In this document: in pieces, positions 27,050 through 39,050 of the stretch
Position numbering within the stretch: the first letter of the stretch is position 1
Layout: each line of letters begins with the position of its first letter
Source of the DNA: Octopus sinensis
Taxonomy: Eukaryota
Length of the DNA stretch: 64,000 bases
Direction: 5' to 3'
NCBI RefSeq assembly: GCF_006345805.1
Contig: NC_042998.1
Location: 131,750,001 to 131,814,000, forward strand
Notes under the pieces: model-generated
Seen by the model: the letters and a program-made list of their open reading frames with translations, nothing else
The model's database searches: none
Told to the model about the DNA's origin: nothing
Program-made: the position numbers and the translations under genes

Positions 27050-27740
27050 CCTTTCTACTCTAGGCACAATGACTGAAATTTGGAGGTAAAGGGTTAAGTC
27101 GATTACATCGACTCCAGTACGTAACTGGTACTTATTTCATTGACCCCGGAAGGATAAAAGGCAAAGTCGACCTCGGTGGAATTTGAACTCGGAACGTATA
27201 TACGGGCGAAATTCGCAAAGCATTTCGTCAAGCATGCTAACGATTCAGCTAGCTCGCCGCCTTATTCTAACTATTAATTATTACCCTTTCAACTAAAGGC
27301 ACAAGGCCTGAAATTTTGAGTGGGTGGGTGGAGGGGAACCAGTCGATTACACCGACCCGTGTTTCGCTGGTACTTAATTCACCGACCTTGAAAGGATGAA
27401 AGACAAAGTCAACTTTGGCAGAATTTGAACTCAGAGCGTAAAGACGGACGAAATACTGCTAAGCATTTTGTCCAGCGCGTTAACGATTCTGCCAGCTTTC
27501 TGTCTTAGTTTCATTACAAATAATGGTTTCAACTTTTAGCATAGGGCTTACAGATTTTGATGGAACGGGGAAGTAGATTACGCCGACCCCAGTACTTGAC
27601 TGGCACTTTTTTCATCGACCCTTGAATGAACGAAAGGCAAAGTCAACTTCGGCGGAATTTAGACTATAAAGATGGACGAAATGCCGCTAAGTATCTTTGT
27701 TCAGCCTACTTCACAATTCTATAAGCTCGTCGCCTTAGTC
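27050..27740 (-). mobile_element. Three adjacent older family B SINE copies
   Basis: Repeated AAAGTC.AC.TCGG.GGAATTT motifs. Confidence 0.8.
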
Positions 27741-27998
27741 AAATTGCTATAAATGCTGCAAGCATTTCTGCTCGTATTTAAAATTGTTTCGAGTTATTCA
27801 GATCAATCTTTTCTAAATATATTGTTGTTTTTTAATTGATTTACTCGTTTACAGTTGTTGCTGTTGATGATGAGGATGATGAGGATGAGGATGATGACGA
27901 TCCATCATAATCATCATCATCATCATCATCATCATCATAGTCGCCATGTTGTTATTGTTTAGCCCCAGTTTTGGGTTAATATTTGTAGCTGCTCAAAA

Positions 27999-28730
27999 GG
28001 CGGCGAGCTAGTAGAATCGTATGGGGGTCGATCTAATCGGCTGCCTCCTCCTCCAAAATTTCAAACCTTGTGCTTAGAGTAGAAAAGATAACTAAAGTCG
28101 GTGAGCTGGCAGAAACGTTAGCATGCTGGGCGAAATGCTCAGCGGTATTTCGTCTGCCGTTATGTTCTGAGTTCAAATTCAGCCGAGGTCGACTTTGCCT
28201 TTCATCCCTTTCGGGGTCGATAAATCAAGTACCAGTTACGCACTGGGGTCGATATAATCGACTTAATCTATTTGTCTGTCCTTGTTTGTCCCTTCTGTGT
28301 TTAGCCCCTTGTGGGTGGTAAAGAAATAGGTATTTCGTCTGTCTTTACGTTCTGAGTTCAAATTCCACCGAGGTCGACTTTGCCTTTCATCCTTTCGGTG
28401 TCGATAAATTAAGTACAATTTGCGTACTGGAGTCGATCTAATCAACTGGCTCCCTCCCCCAAAATTTCGAGCCTTGTGCCTAGAGTAGAAATGAATATTT
28501 GTAGCAGCCCAAAAGGCGGTGAGCTGGCAGAAACGTTAAAATGCCGGGCGAAATGCTTACGGGTATTTTGTCTGTCTTTACGTTCTTAATTCAAATTCCG
28601 CCGAGGTAGACTTTGCCTTTCATACTTTCGGGATCGATAAATTAAGTACCAGTTGCGTACTGAGGTGGATCTAATCGACTGGGCCCCCTCCTCCAAAATT
28701 TCGGGCCTTGTGCTTAGAGTAAAAAGGAAT
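27999..28730 (+). mobile_element. Family B SINE cluster including a dimer
   Basis: Heads at about 27999, 28098 and 28514; dimer junction at about 28330. Confidence 0.85.
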
Positions 28731-28882
28731 ATTTGTAGCGGCTCAAGTAACTATATAGAGGATTCTTTCCGTTGTCAGATTGTTAATATGAACAATACTG
28801 AAGATGGCGAAGGAAAGTTGTCGTCTAAATGGAATAATATTCTTCCTCAGCAAAGATTCAAGACATTCATTTTATAAACAGA

Positions 28883-29757
28883 CTAGCTTATGGCGACCCG
28901 CTCTACGTGCGGGTAAAAGTATGGTTGTTACTTTCTGTTGCTTCCTTTCTATTGTTTATCACCACATTCTCCCTCTTTGTTTCTCTCTCACTTTCCCACT
29001 CTCTTACTTTTCCTTTCTCTCGGACTCTCCCTCGCTTTCTCTTACTCTCTATCTTTCTCTATGTATCTCTCTCCCATTTATAAACAACAAAAGATCTTGA
29101 GTAAATTGAGAAAGAATATATTTTGAAAGATCAATCATAAATATCAGGCAGTTACAACGGAAAGGTCTGCTTCAAGGCAGACAGCAAAACACTAACATTT
29201 AAAAGGGACAGACGAACTTGCGAGCTGAATAAAAAATTTTTAAATATTGGAAACCAAAGTTTGAAGGGATAGAATCTGAGGATAGTAGGGTCACCATGGC
29301 TGGTATTTCTTAACGACGGACAGCAACGTAGTGGCAGTTTAACGGCTGGCGTAAAATTATGAACTTGATGTAAAAGAAAATTCTTAAACACTAAGTTTTG
29401 AAGTGATTCTTTCTCACGACAGTAGACTCACCATGGCAAGCATTCATAACTTCATCATGGACGGCAACACATTGACGATTTAAAGGGTGGCACAAATTTT
29501 TTAGCTTGCTGTAACAGAGAATTCCTAAACACCCTCTCCTGTAAATTTTAATCCCCTTCCAGCCCCATTTAGACCCCTTTTCACATTTTGGTTAATATAT
29601 CCCCAATTTCATTTGGGTCTACTCGGGCCACATTTTATAAGATGAGGAATTTTGTCCTAGAGGTCATTTGAGGAAAAAAATAGTTGCCATGCAAACCCGC
29701 CAGCACTTTTAACATAGGTGTGCATGTCTTCAGCCCAACCGATCGCATAATGCACAC

Positions 29758-29765
<8 letters not shown>
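28883..29765 (-). mobile_element. Non-autonomous Helitron
   Basis: Minus-strand 3' hairpin ACCCGCACGTAGAGCGGGT then CTAG-T; 5' end merges with (TA)n. Confidence 0.75.
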
Positions 29766-29826
<61 letters not shown>

Positions 29827-30118
29827 GCATTAAATATATATATGTGTAGATATATACGCAGTATATATATATGTGTGTGTGTGTGTGTGTATGTACGCAT
29901 TATATATACAAATGTATAAAATTATATATATATATATATATATAAGTACAAAGTGAGATAGGGGTTATGAATGTAACCCACTATGGGATATCATTTATCC
30001 AATATACTGCCAGTAAAGTACCCAGAAGGCTAATACATAAATGCTTAGAATTACAATGCAATTAATTCATTTATTGTATTATATGGGCGAAGGTAAAATG
30101 TTTTACCTCAAATTCATA

Positions 30119-30332
30119 ATACAAAATAAGAAAATGGAGGAATAGATTTCTTTCAATCATCAACTTCCAGATAATACTAATTCATATAATTTATTAATTA
30201 ATTATTTAGATTAAATATGAACTTCCAAATCCAGTTCATATTTAATCTAAATAATTAGTTTATAAATTATATGAATTAGTATTATCTGGAAGTTGATGAT
30301 TGAAAGAAATCTATTCCTCCATTTTCTTATTT

Positions 30333-30337
<5 letters not shown>
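30119..30337. repeat. Long inverted repeat: 105-bp arms, 9-nt loop
   Basis: 30119-30223 versus 30233-30337, 2 mismatches by eye. Confidence 0.95.
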
Positions 30338-30373
<36 letters not shown>

Positions 30374-31363
30374 AGATATATACACTTTGTATATATACAT
30401 TATATATACATATTTGTATATAGAACACACACACACACGCATAAATTAACCCAATAATTATCGCCACCATCACCGCACAATCATGAGAACAAATATTTGT
30501 TCTCATGATTGTGTGGTGGTGGTGGTTGTGGTGATAATAGTTCTCTCTATGAATGCAGACAGACGTAGAGAGAGAGAGAGGGGGGGAATGTGAGAGAAAG
30601 AGTGAGAGTGCTGGCGAAGGCGGCGGAGGTAAGATAGTTTATCTGTCACACGTCGTTATAGAGAGAAATTGAAGGGAAGGGAGGAAAGAGAGAGAGAGAG
30701 ATGGAGGAAAACAGGCAGATAAGAGAATGAGAGTAACGAAAAACGACTTGTCAAAGTGTGGTATTTTTTGCCCTAGTAACAACAACTTTTGAGATAGGAA
30801 TTTCTAACCTAGTCCACTCACATCCTCACCTCATTTTACATGTCCCTATAAACTTGGGAGCGAATCCGACGGGATTTAGTGCCCTTTAACCCATTCCAAT
30901 ACCAAAACCAGACAAACAGACTTTTTTGCATTTCAGATTTATAGATATTGATTGGTTGTGAATGTTTATGTTGATGCTGCTGTCGTTGTCGTCGTTGTTG
31001 TTGTTTTTGCTTAGCTCTAGCTAAGCCAAACGAATTCAATGTTAAGAGCTCTGTCTTTTATCCAAGAGATAAAGCATCTCACCTCAGACTACATTATCTA
31101 ATATGCCCTTATTTTTTAACGCGTGACCTTTAATATTTGGCTCGTTGTATTTGCTCCCTCATATATATATGTAATCCAGTTTGGCATAATTTATAATATT
31201 ATTTGAAGCAAGCTATCAAACATCTTAATTTCATGACCCAGGAATGATTTGCCAAATCATGAACTTTCTTGATCATACTTAATGTTTCCCTATATTTCGT
31301 TAAACATCCTGTGACTCATATACGGAGAACAACTGTACAGTAAGTAGGATGAACCCACAGGTT

Positions 31364-31680
31364 AACTGTAAGATTAAGAATGTAGTTTATAGCATACGAT
31401 GTACTGAGGGGCCATGCAGAAACGAGACAGCGACATACATTGGGGAGACAGCACAGAGCATAGGAAGCATATAGGTGAACACTGGCGTTTGCTCAAAGAG
31501 GACAAAAACTCATCAGTGCTCTACCAATATGCTCAATTAGAACATGGAAGCTCGGCTAATAACATAGAGGTTAAGGTATTATCAACACAAAGAACAGACA
31601 CGACACTTAGACAGATTACAGAGGCCTCACACATAGTAGTAAACAAACGGAGTCTCAACAGAAAACACGTATGTAACAAT
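31364..31680 (+). pseudogene. PLE GIY-YIG endonuclease remnant
   Basis: CKIKNVVYSIRCTEGPC......YIGET, then after a frameshift EHW...RQITEASHI......LN. Confidence 0.8.
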
Positions 31681-32154
31681 AAAACACCCACCACCATCAT
31701 ATTAAGCAAAATGACAGCCAAAGACGGAATGAGAAAAAATAGAAAATTAAATAAAACTAAATAAAACTAAATAAAGGACACGGGTACAAATAGTATAGTA
31801 AGCAAACCCATACACACACACAAATCATACATACAAAACACGTAGACGCGCGCGCGCACACACAGACATAGGCGCAAACGCGTACGCGGATAAGGATACA
31901 CACATAGAAAGACAGAATGGACTAAACAGGATAGGAGGAGACACATGGGATGGAGAGTCGCAGAAGAGGTCACAGGACGGTTGACGAAGGATTTCAGGTA
32001 AGGGACACTAAAATAAAAACAGTGATAAAGCTGAAGTGCTTATGTTTATTTAGCAAAAAAAAAAAACAATGACTGTCCCGAAGTATAACAATATCTGTTT
32101 CAACACACGATTTCACAAAAGGCATCATGCAAAACAAATACATAAATGTATATT

Positions 32155-32222
<68 letters not shown>

Positions 32223-32223
32223 T

Positions 32224-32482
32224 AGGGTAAAGACCCCCTTTGGTCATGAATGATCATGGGATTGCACTTATAAAGTTCCCCTCCGAAGCACAAGCTTGGG
32301 CAAGGTTGTTTGTAGAAGACCAACAGTCGCCCCTGCATACCAGCCTCCCCTCTCCACCGATTTTACCCAAGGGTAAATCAAAGGCTGATACAGCTTGGCC
32401 CCAGTGACATCACAACTCATTTCTACAGCTGAGTGAACTGTAGCAATGTGAAATAAAGTGTCTTGCTCAAGAACACTACACA
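32224..32482 (-). mobile_element. CORE-like SINE 3' portion
   Basis: Minus strand TTGAGCAAGACACTTTATTTCAC...CACTCAGCTG; related copy at about 49500-49630. Confidence 0.65.
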
Positions 32483-35189
32483 CACGAAGGGGTTTTCACA
32501 CAATTTCTGTCTATCAAATTCACTGTCAAGGCATTGGTGTTATAGCGGAAAAATATTTGCCCAAGGTAATGAGAGGAACTAAAGTCGAAACGACATAGAT
32601 GCGAAACGTTGTTAACCACACGACTATGCCTGCACCTGTTTAAATGATTAAATACATATTTTGAATTAATGCTGCAGGAATGTTGTTTGTCTTCTTTGTA
32701 AACCTACACCGTTCCTCCCAATATCTATATTTACTGTCACTGTAATAGAGTAACGTATGAAAGTTTACTTTGAACATTCTGCCTTGCACTTATGCCACGA
32801 GCGTCCAACTTTACTTGATATAATACATATAAAGTGCGTGCTTCAGATATCGAATTATCATTAGCAAATATGAAGCTTCTCCCACAATTTACTTATGCTT
32901 GATTATTGCTATCATGTTTTGCGGTAGTTGAGATAACTGATGTTGATTTAATTAATGTTGAGATATATAAATTACAAATGTTGTTCCCGTTCTTGTTAAG
33001 GCTATATCAACATCGGCGGTGGACTGAAGTCATCTTCACTCTTCATCCTTCTGATGTCGATGAAAGAAGAACCAGTGAAGAACTGAGATCGAGTCGAGCA
33101 ACTAACCTTACCTCACCAACATTTTGGCCCTATGTCTATGCAAGAAATTATTATTATTACATTTTATTTATTTTCGACTTTGCCTTTCATCCTTTCGAGG
33201 TCAATAAGATAAGTACCAATCGAACAATTGTAATAGATTTATCCCCTCCCCCGAAATTGCTGGCGGTGTACCATAATTTGAAACCAATATTTTTTTTAAT
33301 GTCTTCAGGGCGGTGAGTTGGCAGAATCGTTAATACGCTGGGAAAAATACTTAGTGACATTTCGTCAGTCTTTACGTTCTGAGTTCAAATTCTGTTGAGG
33401 TCGACTTTGCTTTTCATCCCTTCCGGGTTGAGCACTAGGGCCGATGTAATCGACTAGCCCCCTCCCCTAAAATTTCAGACTTTGTGCCTATAGTAGAAAG
33501 GACTATTACTGATACTATTAAAGACGACGAGATGGCAGATTCGTTAGCACGCCGGACAAATTGCTTAGCAGCATTTCGTCCGTATTTTACTCGTAAGAAA
33601 TAATCACATACTAACAATAATGTGAACAATACTAAAGACAGTGGAGGAACCCTGTTGCTTCTCATCTACCTGAAATAATATTCTTACTCTTTCCTTGATA
33701 TCTCACTCTCTGTAACGAGTGAGATATTAAAGAAATTGGCGTGTATAGAGCTAAGATCTAAAGGGTAATGTTTGGGTGAAATGTTTGTGACATTGTCAGG
33801 GCTGAGTAACCTTCTTGATCTGAAGCAAGCGGATTTAATTTAGCAGTTGCGGTTGGGGGTACGTGAGGTGGGAAGCCAGCTGAGGTAAAGGGAATGAGTT
33901 TAAGGGATTCATCAATACTGTGTAGTGTGCAGTTAGGTGTAAAGCGAGTAGCGAAGGTGTAGACTTTCTCCACGGGTGTACTATTCATGAGAGCCATCAT
34001 TATTGAGAACTAGAAAAAAAATAAAAATAAAAAAGAGGCCCCTATAAAATTCATAGAAAATTTTTGCCAAGAGATCGAATCCAGTTTGTGAGGCGAGAAA
34101 GCTCGAAGGCTGATTTCAGAAAGCACTTTTTCATGTGTAATAATGGTTTTGCAGGAGTTGCTTTGCTGGTGGACGCTACCCTATTGTGTTGAGCGGGTGA
34201 AATTCTCCATGTCTTGTAGACTTAATATTTTTTCTGAATACCCGCATTAGTTATGAGTGAACTACTTGGGACATTGAATTTTTGTCGTGTGCAGCATGTG
34301 GAGGAACATGCTTTAGGGGTCAAGCATTACAAAGCTAATTAGAAATAATTATGCGGTGAGGTAAAAAAAAAGTCCCAGATAACTCCGAACACCTTTCGGT
34401 CTTATTGGACTTCATCAGCAAATTTAAACATATCGTACTTGCAAAAGTAGTAAGCCATACAGCACAGTTGATGACAACACAGTAGAAAAGTGCGCCTGGA
34501 AAAAATGACAGTTGAATCAGTGGTGGTCCGTCTTCGAAAACAGCATCTGGACGTCTACCGTTACGCGGGAAAGAAAAGAACAGCAAAAAGCAATATTTCG
34601 TCGATGAATAACGAAAATAAAAAGACTTGAGAAAACAGCAGTGAGAATGAAATAATAAAGACCACAGCAGTTGCAGCAGCTGCAATAACCACAACAAATG
34701 TCACCACCACTGCTACTATTACTACACTTATAACTATTACCACCACCACCAATACACCACCATTCTACGACTAGTACATCGACGACGACGTCGAAAGTAA
34801 AATGAACGACGACAGCAAGAATGATAACAGAAGCACAAAAGAAACAATACACCCAACAGCTACGGCGTTCAAAGTGAAAAGAGAGCGCCAACAGCAAAAC
34901 AAACAAAAGCAGCACATTTGACAACAGTGACGGCAATAGCAACAATAGTTTCAATCCTTCCACGTTTTTTATATAAGCCGGCGTGAGCTCGCTCCGAGCG
35001 CACTAATTTTCTTACAGTATTTGCCGACTCGGCCGCTCAGCGGAACCTACAACAACAATAACAGCAAGCAATAGGGTACGCGTGTTAGGTCAGAAAAACT
35101 GAGAGGTGCACTCTGGCGCTCGATCCTATAGAAATGTACTGGAGGAATTTTCAGTTAATTTTCAGAATTATAGGGAGAAATACCTGAGG

Positions 35190-35430
35190 ACAGGTTATGT
35201 ACTGGGAGGGTGGTCATAGAGTTCAGGCCATTTCTGGTCAAGAGAGACTTTGAACCGAGCAGTCGTCGGCATCTTCGCTATCTCGTCCGGCAACTTATTC
35301 CACGGATCCGCAACCCGGACGGAGAAAGCCCCTCTCCTTCGATTGAGATGAAATCATCGTAGATAGAGCTTTTCGGAGTGACCCCGCAGCCCACGCTCTG
35401 GAGCAGGAGTGAAGAACAGCTCTTTTCCTT
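35190..35430 (-). pseudogene. CR1/L2-type LINE ORF2 3' end
   Basis: LRGHSEKLY...RRGAFSVRVADPWNKLP....FKVSLD. Confidence 0.85.
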
Positions 35431-35770
35431 AATTCTCTCTGTTTGTTGGACTCATGGCTATTGGTAGCAGTGTTGGAGGACTGCGAGGAATTCGCCAGTA
35501 CGAAGAACTTTTCCCATGAAAACTGGTACTGGATAATATAAAAATTAAAGGTATTAGCCTCATCTAGAAGTCCAAACAATATTCTGAGGTGTTTCCTTCT
35601 TGAAGGAAAGGAATGAGATTCACATTGGTTTACCCGGGGCTATAGGAGAATACACTTTCCCAGGGGGCCACGCGGTGAGACTGGAAGCAAGCTTCTTACC
35701 ATACAGCCACGCCTGCGCCTATAAATATACATACATACATATACACACACACACACACATATATATATAT

Positions 35771-35863
35771 ACGAGGTCTGATGGATAAGCATACAGACTA
35801 CTGCCATAGTAACGAAGCTAAAGCACGTAGAGTGAAGCCGCTTGGCATCGATTGATCTTGAAC
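35771..35863 (+). mobile_element. Isolated terminus of the mariner family found at 62952-63834
   Basis: TA-CGAGGTCTGA...GCCATAGTAACGAAGCTAA. Confidence 0.7.
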
Positions 35864-37299
35864 ACATATATGTATGTGTGTGTATTTGTTTATATACATG
35901 CGCACACACTCACACGCATACACACACACACACACACTCATTCTCACACACACACGCACACACACACCACACACACACACACACACACATCTATCTATCT
36001 TGTTCATACATCTATCAGTCTAGCTATCCAGCTTTATTTTTCTTCTTCCATCCGGCCATCAAATTATTTATCTGTGAGAATCCTTTATCTATTCAAATTT
36101 CTTTTCATCAAGGATCTTCTTTTATCATTCTTTCTTTCTTGCTTGCTTTTCTCTTCCTCTCGCAGGAATAGAAGTGACCACAGATGTATTTATTTATTTA
36201 TTTATTCATTCATTCATTTATCCAAAGCAGTTCCTGGTCAGTAACATTAGCTCTTAAACCACCTTCACTACCATCACCATCACAACTACCATAACCACAA
36301 AACCTTCAAAAATAACACTTTTCTTCTCTCCCCCCATCTACTCCCACAAACCCATCCAAACAACACCCTCTCAGAATCAACAACAACAACAACAATACTA
36401 ATCTGATCAACGTGACAAATCATGCGCTTTCTCCCTTTGCTTTTACCCACCAACAAAACACCTCTTAGAGTGTACCGTAATCTACGCAAACCAAAAATGT
36501 ATAAAACAAAAATTACACCTACAATTCTGGTTCCAAATATGGCCTTCTCCTCCTTAATCCCACCACCCAAGAGCTCAATTCCCTCCCTCTCCCTCCCCCG
36601 CCATTTCCACACTTCCTGTCCTGTCACTTCACTTGCTTCTGGCTTGACACCAAATGTCATTCAATGACAACCACTCACCATTCCCTAATCCCCCTCCCTC
36701 CCTCACTCTAACATCCCCTCTACCCTCCCCCTAACTTCCCCGATCCACCCCCGCCACCCACTTCTCCACATCGTCCCAATCTTTTGCATCACCCTGAGGC
36801 CTAGCATCCGAAGATAACAATCCAGATTCCGGTACCAGTGATGGCGGTACCGACATCCACATTGCCACCATCGTCATCACCACCACCACCATTATCATCG
36901 TCATCATCATCGTCGTTGTCATCGTCATCATCTTCATCACCTTCATCATCTTCATCATCATCAATAACATCATTAGTGGCACCAATATCAACAGTAGCTG
37001 CTTCAACGTATTCATTCACCACTACCGTTATTATCATCGTCAACATCATCATCGTTATCAGCATCAGTGTTAATTATAAGTTTTAACACAACCATCACGT
37101 CTATCATCGTCATCATCATCATCATCAGCAGCAGCAGCAGCAGCCTATACTTCGCATTATGCTCATTGTTATACATCACCATATCATCATTATCTTCATC
37201 ACCACACTTGGGCAGTGCCGAATAAGACAATTTTCCACCTCAAATATAGAGCCTATGCTAAATATGCATTGCGTCCTAGATCGTTTGATGATGTAATTC

Positions 37300-39050
37300 A
37301 TTGCATTATAGTGGCTGCTTTCTCGTAAATCCATTGCTAGAAAGAATCATTGAAATGGTTCATTGATGCAATGTGAGGCCCTTATATGACTCTTCAGCCC
37401 AGCCAAGATTTCCACATATTATTGCATAATGCACAGTAGTGCTGGCTGGTAGGAAGAACCGGTGTCACAATATGAAGTCTTTTGATATGTCTTTTTAATC
37501 TTCCAACTGATCAGCACACCTTTCCACAGGTTGCACCTGTTCTGTTGTGAACAATAGCTATATCATATTTTACAAGGAGTCGATTCCTGTGACTATTTTG
37601 ATAGCTAACCAAGATTGCATAACTTAAGCATTGGCTTTTACAAATCATACACATGAAAATCAATACTCTTTCATTTTCTACTATTCATTCTTTGTAAGCT
37701 TTCTCTTAATCTTCTCATGCTCCATTCTCTCTCTCGTTCAAACTTCGAGCAACCACTTGCACTCATTTCCTCCACCTATCTCGGTGCTGTGCTTTTCTCT
37801 CCCAACCAACATCTGAAATTCCTGTTTGTGTCAAAGCAGTTTTAAAGCAGTCATTGAAACATGTTTTGGGTTTATGAGCTGCCCTTTTATTGACCTTTCA
37901 GCTCACCGTACAAAAGTTGCTTAGGAAGCCTTTTATCACTCATTCTCACCAGATGTACCCCCACCACCACCACCACCACCACAAACGACTTTGCAGAATG
38001 ATCGATTCTACACTCCTACTAAAACTTCTCTCAAGTACTTTTATGTCACTGAACGGCAGTCTCCAGTTTATCCCAAGAATTTTCCGAAGACAATGTTGAT
38101 GGAATCGATCTAAATGCTTCAAATGTTTACGATAAATAACCCATGTTTCACTTACATAGCGCAATGATGGCAGAACACATGTGCCATAAGCCCTAACTTT
38201 AGTTCCGATAGATCTGCTATGATGTAACCAGAGGCGCTTGTCAAGCCTATCAAAGACATCACTAGCTCTGCTGATTCTGTATGAAATTTCATTATCAAGA
38301 CTAGTAGTGCTCAGAGTACTTCCTAAATATGTGAATTTGGTTTCAACTTCTAACCTTTATCTATATATAGTTTCAGAAGGTTCCATATTAATCTCAGAGG
38401 GGGCAGGCTGGTACATCAGAACAGTTTTCTTTAAGCTAATTGTAAAGCCCGATGCTGTACATGTAGTAGAAATCGTATTCATCATGTGTTGCATGTCTTC
38501 CTGGCAATGTGCTAATCATCTGCATACAAGAATTCAATGATGTGAGAATGAAGAACTTCCGTTTTGGCACAAAGTCTTTCGGGGTTGAAAAGTTTTCCCG
38601 CTATCCTTATATCTTATATAGACCCCTTCAGCACAATCTTCGTAGGCGATTTGAAAGATTATTGGAAAATACAGTGCAAACAAGGTAGGAGCAGGGATAT
38701 CAGCGTTTCACATCATTTGCTATAGAAATTGGATCTGACAGGATACCCCCAACATTACCTCTCCCCTCCATTCCGTCATGAAAGTGTCTAAGCATTTTCA
38801 CAAATTTTTCAGAACATCCCAGATATTTCAAGATCTCCCAATGTGCAATTTTATTTACAGAATCAAACGCTCTTGCCAGATTGATAAAATCCTGATATAA
38901 GTCCATATCGTGTTCGATGCTCTTGTAGCTGTCTAGCTGAAAATGTCATATCCATAGCACTCCTGTCACCTCTAAAATCCAACATTGTGATTTTGGTAGA
39001 ACCTCATCAGCAATGTGCAGATGCAATCTATCAAGCATTACTCTACAAAG
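37300..39050 (-). mobile_element. Decayed RTE (BovB-like) LINE: RT to C-terminal zinc finger
   Basis: FINLARAFDSV, HFHDGM, ETWVIYRKHLKHLDRFHQHCLRKILGINW, CALC...GLKSHIRASH (frameshifted). Confidence 0.88.

Noticed and set aside
36422-37086. Low-complexity host exon
   Set aside because: No recognisable domain or splice support; dominated by trinucleotide repeats
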